DNA of 32,000 nucleotides from Breznakia blatticola (GTDB lineage Bacteria; Bacillota_I; Bacilli_A; Erysipelotrichales; Erysipelotrichaceae): NCBI RefSeq assembly GCF_004365815.1, contig NZ_SODD01000016.1, positions 11,999 to 43,998 of the forward strand, read 5' to 3'. Shown piece by piece: positions 9,947 to 17,131 of this stretch (position 1 is its first letter; each line of letters starts with the position of its first letter). The notes under the pieces were generated by a model. It saw only the letters and a program-made list of their open reading frames with translations, ran no database searches and was not told where the DNA came from. The position numbers and the translations under genes were made by a program.

Positions 9947-10026
9947 AAATGTAGAATCGCAAGTCATATCAAGTAAAGCTTGTATAAACTTGGTATAATA
10001 CATATATTGTAAGTTACAGAAAGGAT

Positions 10027-10371
10027 ATGCATATGCCAGTACAAGTAAAACAATTTATGGTAGATTGGGTGAAACAACATGTAGCATCAACACCAACCTT
10101 GGATGAGATGGCTCATGCAGTAGGGTACTCAACCTATTACTGTTCACGACACTTTAAAGAACTTACGGGTATGACATATAAAGTCTATGTATCGAAGTGT
10201 AAACTAGAAGCAATTGCAAGCGAACTTATTATGACAAATGAAACAATTACCGTGATTGCACAACGGTATGGGTATGCATCAAGTGATGTGCTAAGTCGTG
10301 CATTTTACAAGCAATACCAAAAATCACCAAGTGCGTATCGTAAGCAGTATATGGATATAAAAGGAGCGTAA
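10027..10371 (+). CDS. AraC-family HTH-only transcriptional regulator
   Basis: Two HTH units: YYCSRHFKELTGMTYKVY and GYASSDVLSRAFYKQYQKSPSAYRK. 114 aa. Confidence 0.7.
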   Translation: MHMPVQVKQFMVDWVKQHVASTPTLDEMAHAVGYSTYYCSRHFKELTGMTYKVYVSKCKLEAIASELIMTNETITVIAQRYGYASSDVLSRAFYKQYQKSPSAYRKQYMDIKGA

Positions 10372-10372
10372 A

Positions 10373-11188
10373 ATGAATAGAGATGAAATACAAGCAAAAA
10401 TTGAAGCTTATAAAAAACAAGGATGTAAAGTTCCAACCATGGATCTAATTAAAACGGAAGAACAAATTCAAGGAATTAAAAAAAGTAGTGAAATCAATAT
10501 TGCACTACTAGATTATATTGGAGCTTTTATAAAGCCAGGTGTTTCTACTGCATATGTAGATGAATTGATTCACGAAAAGACATTATCTTATGGAGCAATT
10601 CCAGCACCATTAAATTATGAAGGGTTTCCAAAAAGTAGTTGTATTTCAATTGATGATCAAGTATGTCATGGAATTCCGTCCACAAAAGAAATATTGATGG
10701 AAGGCGATATTGTGAATATTGATGTCTCTACAATCTATGATGGATATTTTTCAGATTCATCAAGAATGTTTTGCGTTGGTAAAGTAAGTAAAGATAAACA
10801 GAAACTGGTTGATGTTGCTAGAAAATCAATGCTTGAAGGTATCAAACAAATCAAACCATGGGAACCACTGGGAAATGTTGGTGCTGCAGTAAATGCATAT
10901 GCGAAAAAACACGGATATTCAGTTGTTCGTGAAATTGGTGGACATGGCGTTGGCTTGGAGTTTCATGAAGAGCCATGGGTTGGTTTTACAACGAAGAAAA
11001 ACACGGGAATGCTAATGGTTCCAGGTATGGTATTTACTGTTGAACCGATGATTAATGAAGGAACTGCAGAGATCTTCCAAGATGCGGATAATGGATGGAC
11101 AATTTATACAATGGACCAAAAACCATCCGCGCAATGGGAAAATACGATTCTTGTTACAGAAGACGGATATGAAATTATTACCTACTAG
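10373..11188 (+). CDS. map: Type I methionine aminopeptidase
   Basis: VCHGIP, GDIVNIDVS, DSSRMF, GGHGVG, FTVEPMI and ENTILVT give the metal-ligand pattern of MetAP-I. Confidence 0.92.
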   Translation: MNRDEIQAKIEAYKKQGCKVPTMDLIKTEEQIQGIKKSSEINIALLDYIGAFIKPGVSTAYVDELIHEKTLSYGAIPAPLNYEGFPKSSCISIDDQVCHGIPSTKEILMEGDIVNIDVSTIYDGYFSDSSRMFCVGKVSKDKQKLVDVARKSMLEGIKQIKPWEPLGNVGAAVNAYAKKHGYSVVREIGGHGVGLEFHEEPWVGFTTKKNTGMLMVPGMVFTVEPMINEGTAEIFQDADNGWTIYTMDQKPSAQWENTILVTEDGYEIITY

Positions 11189-11341
11189 AAATAGTAGGTA
11201 TTTTTTAGGTCAAATGATTTAAAAGTTTATTTGATAGGAAGGAAAGTGATTCAACAAATGTATCGATACTTATGCTAATGCTTGTACTTGGTATTGGTAG
11301 TTTAGGTATCTTATTGGCTAGAAGAAAAGTGAAATAAAGAT

Positions 11342-11361
11342 AAGAGCGTAATACGCTTTTT
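11342..11361 (+). terminator. Weak intrinsic terminator downstream of map
   Basis: AAGAGCG/CGCTTTT stem with a 5-nt loop, running into a T-run. Confidence 0.4.
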
Positions 11362-11368
11362 AAACAAA

Positions 11369-11394
11369 TAAAAAAGCACTGACATAATCAGTGC
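11369..11394 (-). terminator. Intrinsic terminator (minus strand) after tRNA-Asn
   Basis: GCACTGA/TCAGTGC stem with a 5-nt loop. The A-run on the plus strand is a U-run on the minus strand. Confidence 0.65.
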
Positions 11395-11407
11395 TTATCA
11401 CGCTTCA

Positions 11408-11483
11408 TGGCGCCTGAAACAGGACTTGAACCTGTGACCGTTCGGTTAACAGCCGAGTGCTCTACCAACTGAGCTATTCAGGC
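11408..11483 (-). tRNA. tRNA-Asn (anticodon GTT)
   Basis: The reverse complement folds as a cloverleaf: acceptor GCCTGAA/TTCAGGC, loop CTGTTAA, T-arm GGTTCAAGTCC, encoded CCA. Confidence 0.9.
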
Positions 11484-11553
11484 ATTGCTTTGTTATTATA
11501 GCAAAGAAAAAGTACTCTGACAAGTACCTTTCTTTAAAAAATTATAAATTTTA

Positions 11554-12324
11554 TTAACGTTTTGTTGCTTCCTTTAAGAAGGTGAAATTACTTGCATTAC
11601 CGGCAATCATTCCAATTGGTTTTTCATAACTCCAAGTCTCCGGTGCAATTGGCTCAATTAGTCCGCCAGCTTCTTCGATAATGATTCGTCCAGCCGAGAA
11701 ATCCCATGCGCTAAGTGAAGCTTCAAAGAAACCATCAAAGCGTCCACACGCAACATAACATAAGTCCAATACTGCACTACCACAACGTCGTATGTCACGA
11801 CCAGTTAGCAATAACTTGCGAAATGTATCAAAAGTATAATCGATAAGTCGCTCTTTTGAATATGGGGCAGTCCCCACCGCAAATAAACTATGTGCTTCAT
11901 CAGCAGTACTTACATGAATTGGTTCTCCATTTAGAAAACTACCCTCGCCTTCAGTTGCATAAAACAATTCATTAAGGTAAGGATTGTACACAACACCTAG
12001 AATGCTTTTTTGTTTGTAAAGTAAAGCAATAGACACACAACTCATTTTTATATCGTAGAAAAAGTTGGTTGTTCCATCGATGGGGTCAATTACCCAAACA
12101 TATCCATCATCATAATCCTTAACATCATTTTCCTCAGCTATAATTTTCGCATCAGGCATAATCGCGCGTAAACGTTCAATTACAAATTCCTGTGTTTTTA
12201 CATCGGTACTTGTAACAATATTGCTTGCACCATCTTTTTCATTTGTTTGAAAATCTCTATGTTCTTTAAAAAAACGACCTGCCTCCACTGCGATTGTTTT
12301 TACTTGATTCAATACTTCTAACAT
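11554..12324 (-). CDS. Inositol monophosphatase (SuhB/IMPase) family protein
   Basis: WVIDPIDGTTNF and AWDFSAG motifs. The second ATG (12324) is preferred because GGAGGG lies just upstream of it. Confidence 0.85.
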   Translation of the reverse strand: MLEVLNQVKTIAVEAGRFFKEHRDFQTNEKDGASNIVTSTDVKTQEFVIERLRAIMPDAKIIAEENDVKDYDDGYVWVIDPIDGTTNFFYDIKMSCVSIALLYKQKSILGVVYNPYLNELFYATEGEGSFLNGEPIHVSTADEAHSLFAVGTAPYSKERLIDYTFDTFRKLLLTGRDIRRCGSAVLDLCYVACGRFDGFFEASLSAWDFSAGRIIIEEAGGLIEPIAPETWSYEKPIGMIAGNASNFTFLKEATKR

Positions 12325-12464
12325 AACACCCTCCATGATTATCCTATCGTATCATAATTTGTGATAATAATCTTATTGAATCACAAATAATTCATGACAA
12401 AATGTGTCGAAAAAGATGCGAAAATACTAGCGTGAAATATTTTGATTTTTTTACATTTTTGATA

Positions 12465-12492
12465 TTGCAATTTGTTTTGACTATGCTATAAT
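12465..12492 (+). promoter_or_regulatory. Candidate promoter of the tRNA operon
   Basis: TTGCAA (12465-12470), 16-nt spacer, TGcTATAAT (12484-12492). The first tRNA starts ~13 nt downstream. Confidence 0.55.
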
Positions 12493-12504
12493 ATAAAAGC
12501 ACTT

Positions 12505-12587
12505 GCGCGTGTGGCGAAATTGGCAGACGCACCAGACTTAGGATCTGGCGGGCAACCGTGGGGGTTCGAGTCCCTTCACGCGCACCA
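12505..12587 (+). tRNA. tRNA-Leu (anticodon TAG)
   Basis: Acceptor GCGCGTG/CACGCGC, anticodon loop CTTAGGA, long variable arm, encoded CCA. Confidence 0.9.
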
Positions 12588-12598
12588 TTTGTATTTGG

Positions 12599-12672
12599 GG
12601 TTCCTTAGCCAAGTGGTAAGGCAATAGACTGCAACTCTGTGATCACCAGTTCAAATCTGGTAGGAACCTCCA
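12599..12672 (+). tRNA. tRNA-Cys (anticodon GCA)
   Basis: Acceptor GGTTCCT/AGGAACC, anticodon loop CTGCAAC, T-arm ACCAGTTCAAATCTGGT, encoded CCA. Confidence 0.9.
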
Positions 12673-12706
12673 TTTTTGAAAAGTGACGAAGTGTGCAAAT
12701 AAATAT

Positions 12707-12793
12707 CGGGCCGTGGCGGAATAGGCAGACGCAACGGACTTAAAATCCGTTGAGGGCAACCTCGTGGGGGTTCAAGTCCCCCCGGCCCGACCA
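12707..12793 (+). tRNA. tRNA-Leu (anticodon TAA)
   Basis: Acceptor CGGGCCG/CGGCCCG, anticodon loop CTTAAAA, long variable arm, T-arm GGGGGTTCAAGTCCCCC, encoded CCA. Confidence 0.9.
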
Positions 12794-12805
12794 TTTTTAA
12801 TGCTT

Positions 12806-12860
12806 CGGCATATAGGTTAATCTATTTATATTTATAGATTGACTTGTATGCCGTTTTTTT
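12806..12860 (+). terminator. Intrinsic terminator of the tRNA operon
   Basis: A long interrupted hairpin (CGGCATA...AATCTAT / ATAGATT...TATGCCG) followed by T7. Confidence 0.65.
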
Positions 12861-12884
12861 GTTTTACCAGGAAGGAGTGATTCG

Positions 12885-13130
12885 GTGGAGGATAGACAAT
12901 GCTTAAAAGACTTACATGGAATTATTATTCACAACGTTCGTTCTGAGCTTGAAAAAAAAGAAATGTCTTTGTATAAGCTTGCAAAAGATGCGAATATTGG
13001 ATACTCAATACTGTGGAAAATGTTAGATCCTAAAAAGGACGCTACCTTCTCAGTTAAAACTCTGCATAGGGTTGCAAGTACACTGGATATGACGGTAGCA
13101 GAAATTACAAAGCAAAAACAAAATCAGTAA
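12885..13130 (+). CDS. XRE-family HTH protein
   Basis: 81 aa, HTH MSLYKLAKDANIGYSILWKML. GTG start 7 nt after GGAAGGAG. Confidence 0.6.
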   Translation: MEDRQCLKDLHGIIIHNVRSELEKKEMSLYKLAKDANIGYSILWKMLDPKKDATFSVKTLHRVASTLDMTVAEITKQKQNQ

Positions 13131-13132
13131 GA

Positions 13133-13257
13133 GCAAAAAAAAACTAACTTCTATGTTTGGCGACGTTCAAGTTAGTTCAAGTATTTGCCTTCAAAAATTT
13201 TCTTCGCTATTTCCGGCACGTTTTTAGTGTACTCATAAAGCCACAAGGCCCCTGTAC
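13133..13257 (-). ncRNA. Candidate ~125-nt small RNA (promoter-to-terminator unit without an ORF)
   Basis: Bounded by the promoter at 13264-13292 and the terminator at 13135-13177. The only ORF inside is a 9-codon ATG frame with no RBS. Confidence 0.3.
13135..13177 (-). terminator. Intrinsic terminator oriented for minus-strand transcription
   Basis: AACTAACTT (13142-13150) pairs with AAGTTAGTT (13169-13177). The plus-strand A-run (13135-13143) is a U-run on the minus strand. No T-run follows on the plus strand. Confidence 0.55.
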
Positions 13258-13263
13258 GTCTAT

Positions 13264-13292
13264 AATATACCATTTTAGAAAATAATTCGCAA
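13264..13292 (-). promoter_or_regulatory. Near-consensus orphan sigma-A promoter on the minus strand
   Basis: The minus strand reads TTGCGA, a 17-nt spacer, then TGgTATATT (extended -10). No minus-strand ORF lies downstream. Confidence 0.45.
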
Positions 13293-13404
13293 GACATAGA
13301 ACAAGAAAAAAAGGCCTTATTTATAAAAATGAACATAAACAACATTTGGCATTGTTACTTTATCGAGAAAAATAACTGAAACATGTAAGTCCAATACATA
13401 TAAC

Positions 13405-13921
13405 GGTAGGATTTCCTAATATCCTTACAATTATTAGGCTCTCCGAAAAATACGACCAAAGGTCGTTTATATAAACAAAAGAAAGGAAATTAAAATGAAC
13501 ATATTAATTACGATCGTACTACTAAGTACATTAGCTGCAGCAAGCTACTCAATCTACAATTATATTCTTGTTCGATGCAAATTGAATAATAGACGTTCCT
13601 AAAAAAGACACGTCTTGAACTACAGAAATATTTGGGATTGCCTAATAACCCATTGCCCATTCTATCCTTGAAACACACACTACACACATAGATATGATTA
13701 CTTCATACTAATTAAAGCAAAGGCGTAACAATTATTAGGCATTATTGTGAAATGCGACCATGGTCGTTTAAATAAACGAAAAAAGTAAGAATAATACATG
13801 GGATTGCCTAATAACCCAAAATTCTTCCACCTCACAAAAACATAGACATAAATAAGACAAACACAAAATATGAGGTACTAATTATTAGGTTCTGCTTTTG
13901 CAGAAGAAAGGAAATTATCTT
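13405..13921 (+). repeat. Three copies of a leader-like module: CCTAATA(A) / TTATTAGG inverted boxes + short GC hairpin + GAAAGGAAATT RBS
   Basis: Forward boxes at 13415-13421, 13640-13648 and 13806-13814; reverse boxes at 13431-13438, 13732-13740 and 13882-13889. GGGATTGCCTAATAACCCA is duplicated (13634 and 13800). Hairpins lie at 13453-13465, 13755-13766 and 13890-13905. Confidence 0.6.
13495..13602 (+). CDS. 35-aa hydrophobic peptide with basic tail (type I toxin-like)
   Basis: MNILITIVLLSTLAAASYSIYNYILVRCKLNNRRS. The ATG lies 5 nt after GAAAGGAAAT. Below the ORF-track size cutoff. Confidence 0.35.
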   Translation: MNILITIVLLSTLAAASYSIYNYILVRCKLNNRRS

Positions 13922-14149
13922 ATGAAAAAATTAATGGTAGGAATGGGAGAAGTAATGATGTTAGTACTAATGATCATTAATATGTCTTTAAATGAAGCAT
14001 ACCTTCCACTTGCTTATTTAGGTTCATTACTAGTTCCAGTAGCGTGTTTATTAGTAAACATTCTTCGCGAACTAAGAAATACAAATGAAAAGCTAGATGC
14101 AATTCATACTGAACAAATTACTGATAGAGTTTGCGGTGATAAAGAATGA
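13922..14149 (+). CDS. Small two-TM membrane protein, unknown function
   Basis: The ATG at 13922 follows the same GAAAGGAAATT RBS as the 35-aa ORF. The product is hydrophobic, and the stop overlaps the next start (ATGA). Confidence 0.5.
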   Translation: MKKLMVGMGEVMMLVLMIINMSLNEAYLPLAYLGSLLVPVACLLVNILRELRNTNEKLDAIHTEQITDRVCGDKE

Positions 14150-15138
14150 ATTTGAGTGAAGTTGGAAAGCTTGACGAAATAATAGTGACGCATTTTTTAC
14201 TATTCATCGTTTTTCTTTATCTGTCGCTGGTGTATTACTTTGAGATGCACGAGAAAATTAAAAAAGACAAGAAAAGTAAAAAGTACTTACTTAGTAGTGG
14301 TTACTTTTTAGCATTACGTTTGTTCAGTGGTTTGAACTTGCTATTTGGAATAGTAGGAATATTTATATCACGATTGATTTTAGATGGTCGTTTGCGTGTG
14401 GAACCTATATATAGTTTCTTTACATTTGGAAGGAATGAAGAAATTCTATCCAATATATATATCATTCAGGCAATGTTTATGATAGTAACGCTTATTTATA
14501 CTGAACATCCAAAATTGAGAAAAATGAGAACAGCAATTTTGATATTTATTATTGCCACGGTATGTACTGCAGGAGTGATATATGGGATGGAGCAAATTGT
14601 GAAAGAGAACACAGAAATAAAGTCAGCAAAAAGAACAGAAGTTCAGATAACAGTTCTTGATGAAAATGGAAACACTGACAAGGATTTGAAGGTAAATTGC
14701 TTGTTGTTATCTTGTGATGAAGTCGATGAAAAATACTTTGAAGAACTACACTTAACTTTTAATGAAGATGCAATGGAAATCGAACCCAATACAACTGGTT
14801 TCATATTTGAAAAAGTAAATTCGGACAAAGAATATTCCAATAATCTGTACTTGAACGAATCAGTAAAAAATAATGCATATAAAGTGATTCAATTATCTGC
14901 ATATGCTGCATTGAATGGTGAAAAGTTCAACTACACTGTAAAGAGAACGTGTAAGGATCCAGTAAATAATAAATATATTACAAAAGGTGATACTGAATGG
15001 TTGTTGATCAAAAAGAATCTCTACGAACTTTCCCAAGCGGGGACTGTTTTTGAGATTAAACATAAAACATTGACTTTAGAAGTAATGCAGCTATATGAAA
15101 GTATCGAAAGTAACTTTGATAACTTAAAAGTAGAATAG
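14146..15138 (+). CDS. Membrane protein (about 4 N-terminal TM helices + ~170-aa soluble C-domain), unknown function
   Basis: 330-aa ORF translationally coupled to the upstream gene. No family motif recognised. Confidence 0.6.
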   Translation: MNLSEVGKLDEIIVTHFLLFIVFLYLSLVYYFEMHEKIKKDKKSKKYLLSSGYFLALRLFSGLNLLFGIVGIFISRLILDGRLRVEPIYSFFTFGRNEEILSNIYIIQAMFMIVTLIYTEHPKLRKMRTAILIFIIATVCTAGVIYGMEQIVKENTEIKSAKRTEVQITVLDENGNTDKDLKVNCLLLSCDEVDEKYFEELHLTFNEDAMEIEPNTTGFIFEKVNSDKEYSNNLYLNESVKNNAYKVIQLSAYAALNGEKFNYTVKRTCKDPVNNKYITKGDTEWLLIKKNLYELSQAGTVFEIKHKTLTLEVMQLYESIESNFDNLKVE

Positions 15139-15167
15139 AATATGGATTAACATGGAGGAACTAAAAG

Positions 15168-15401
15168 ATGAATTTGAGTGAGTTTTTAGAGTTTATTAAA
15201 AATGAACAGCAAATAGAAGTTTGTTGGCTAAATGAAAAAGGTGGATACTCAGGAGATCAAATTATTGGCTTATGTAAAGAAGTTAGGACAAGAATACCTA
15301 ATCATATTGCAGGAAAGAGAGTAGACGAATGTTTCCTGTTGCTTAAATGTGCATATGATGGTCACTTAATTATTGCAGAGAGAATGAGGTATAAGAAATG
15401 A
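15168..15401 (+). CDS. Hypothetical protein (77 aa)
   Basis: GGAGG RBS. The stop overlaps the next start. Confidence 0.5.
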   Translation: MNLSEFLEFIKNEQQIEVCWLNEKGGYSGDQIIGLCKEVRTRIPNHIAGKRVDECFLLLKCAYDGHLIIAERMRYKK

Positions 15402-15631
15402 ATGAAAAACAAAAGCAAACGTTCGTTGATGGAGTTATTACTGCATGTGGGATTATAGCAAGAAGAAATTTGTATACATGTTCTTGTGATAGTGATATTA
15501 AAGAAATTTTGCAAGGTGCTGCATTTACTGGAGAACAGTGGAATTCATCAAATTGCAAACAGGAGAAGGAAGATATATTACTGGCAATGAATGAAGAAGA
15601 ACTTAGCGAAGTGTTAAAAACATGGGATTGA
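15398..15631 (+). CDS. Hypothetical Cys-containing acidic protein (77 aa)
   Basis: Translationally coupled to the upstream ORF. No recognised motif. Confidence 0.5.
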   Translation: MNEKQKQTFVDGVITACGIIARRNLYTCSCDSDIKEILQGAAFTGEQWNSSNCKQEKEDILLAMNEEELSEVLKTWD

Positions 15632-15709
15632 TAAATAAAAAAAACAAGGTGGTTACCTTGCTCAATTGTGTTTAATGGACTTAAGACGTTTGAAAAGGAG
15701 GTGTCAGTC

Positions 15710-15916
15710 ATGTTTGAAGTAATTGCAATTATTATAATGCTTTTCATGACATTTGTGGCGCTATCACCAATATTGATATTGTTTGGAGTCTTATTTGAAA
15801 ATATGTTTAGAGAACTTGACTCAATCGTATGCAAGACAATCTTAAGTGCTATTTTTATTCTCGTCATTATTATAGTTTGCTCATTACCTGTTATTTATTT
15901 TATGCAAAACAAGTAA
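15710..15916 (+). CDS. Small two-TM membrane protein (68 aa)
   Basis: The ATG at 15710 follows AAAGGAGGTG. Sequence begins MFEVIAIIIMLFMTFVALSPILILFGVLF.... Confidence 0.5.
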   Translation: MFEVIAIIIMLFMTFVALSPILILFGVLFENMFRELDSIVCKTILSAIFILVIIIVCSLPVIYFMQNK

Positions 15917-16007
15917 TGACGATTACTGCTTCTTAGTTTTGAAGCATCTATATTCACTCTCAATAAGTTTAGTAGATTTTATATATTTAGAAGGGAAAGA
16001 TAACATT

Positions 16008-16430
16008 ATGACTTTAATACAATTATTTAAACGTTTAAAGAAGGACCAGCAATCCGAGTCTCAAATTTTTGAATTAGAGAAGACAGTTACTTTTTTAGAA
16101 CCAATAAACTATGAATTGTTTACTCAGAAAGACTTAAGATTTGTTCTAAGAGCTTATCTAGAGTCAAGAAACAATGGAGAACGATATAAAACCATTAAAA
16201 CTAATGATTTGCTTTGTACTCTTAAATTAATGCATCTAAACAAAATAAAGAAGGAGTATATGATAGAAGACTCTAGTGGAATACGAAAAAAAAGAAGACA
16301 GATTCTTGTTAAAGAAATTCGTCAACTTTTTGAGGAAGATGCATTTGATGCATGGTTCACAGTTATAGGAACTTTCGAATCACGGCAATCAATGAGGGAA
16401 TGGCTTGACCAAGGTCAACAATCTTTGTAG
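16008..16430 (+). CDS. Hypothetical protein (140 aa)
   Basis: The ATG at 16008 follows GAAGGGAAAG. The 3' end overlaps the convergent gene by 68 nt. Confidence 0.5.
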   Translation: MTLIQLFKRLKKDQQSESQIFELEKTVTFLEPINYELFTQKDLRFVLRAYLESRNNGERYKTIKTNDLLCTLKLMHLNKIKKEYMIEDSSGIRKKRRQILVKEIRQLFEEDAFDAWFTVIGTFESRQSMREWLDQGQQSL

Positions 16431-17049
16431 TGATATCAATAAAATCTTTCGCACTTTTCTTAGATATTTTGCTTTTATTGTTTAGCGTATCTATAACCTC
16501 TAACAAAAACTCGCGGTCAGTATCATCTATTCCAGAATGATTTTCAACTATTGATCTTTCACTGGAGAAGTCTCCAGCTATGTTCGAATTAACTTCAACA
16601 CCTTGCGAATTTTTAATAAATACACCAGTGAAGTTTCCGAAGTTATCGCCCGATGACTTAGAATTATCTTCACGATATGGTTCAAAGTAGTATAGTTTTA
16701 CTCTTTTGTGATTAAAAAGTTTACCAGGGTGTAGATCAAGTGTCTGTACACTAGTTATTTCAATAGGATAGCTATATGTCTTTAAGTTAATAATCTTACC
16801 TAATTCATACCTATCTTTCATTATTTGAAGTTTGTGCTTTTCGTAAGTACTATATTCGACTGAGAAATAATCTTTATATGGCGTATACGTTATTCCTGAT
16901 TTATAAGGTTTGAGGTTATCCAATTTTGATAGAACAATATACTTGAGGACCTGATAACCAAGATATCCAAGAACAAAAATTATAACTAGGATAATTCCTG
17001 GAATAACTAAGTTATCGATTAATGGTTGTGTGTTACTTGAGTTGTTCAT
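16363..17049 (-). CDS. N-terminally membrane-anchored protein (228 aa), unknown function; the only minus-strand gene in the island part
   Basis: GGAGG RBS on the minus strand. TM helix VIPGIILVIIFVLGYLGYQVL. Divergent from the XRE gene at 17132. Confidence 0.55.
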   Translation of the reverse strand: MNNSSNTQPLIDNLVIPGIILVIIFVLGYLGYQVLKYIVLSKLDNLKPYKSGITYTPYKDYFSVEYSTYEKHKLQIMKDRYELGKIINLKTYSYPIEITSVQTLDLHPGKLFNHKRVKLYYFEPYREDNSKSSGDNFGNFTGVFIKNSQGVEVNSNIAGDFSSERSIVENHSGIDDTDREFLLEVIDTLNNKSKISKKSAKDFIDITTKIVDLGQAIPSLIAVIRKFL

Positions 17050-17131
17050 ATCTATACCTCCATAAAATACCTACAATATATCGGCGGTAACGCCTATTTG
17101 TCATTATATCAAATATAGAAAGGAATTCAAA

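Noticed and set aside
13640-13889. Integron attC-like sites (GCCTAATAAC ... ATTATTAGGC resembles the RYYYAAC / GTTRRRY inverse core and core)
   Set aside because: The boxes do not match the core (TTATTAGGC lacks the GTT triplet context). There is no integron integrase or attI in the window, two 'sites' are adjacent with no cassette between them, and the host type makes an integron unlikely. Kept only as a remote alternative.
14146-15181. Shared 14-nt start sequence ATGAATTTGAGTGA (MNLSE) at the ORFs starting at 14146 and 15168
   Set aside because: The similarity does not extend beyond the first five codons and the proteins are otherwise unrelated. Too short to interpret.
15370-15867. 165-aa minus-strand ORF
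   Set aside because: It is antisense to three RBS-supported, translationally coupled plus-strand genes. It has no RBS and a serine/isoleucine-rich composition typical of antisense frames in AT-rich DNA.
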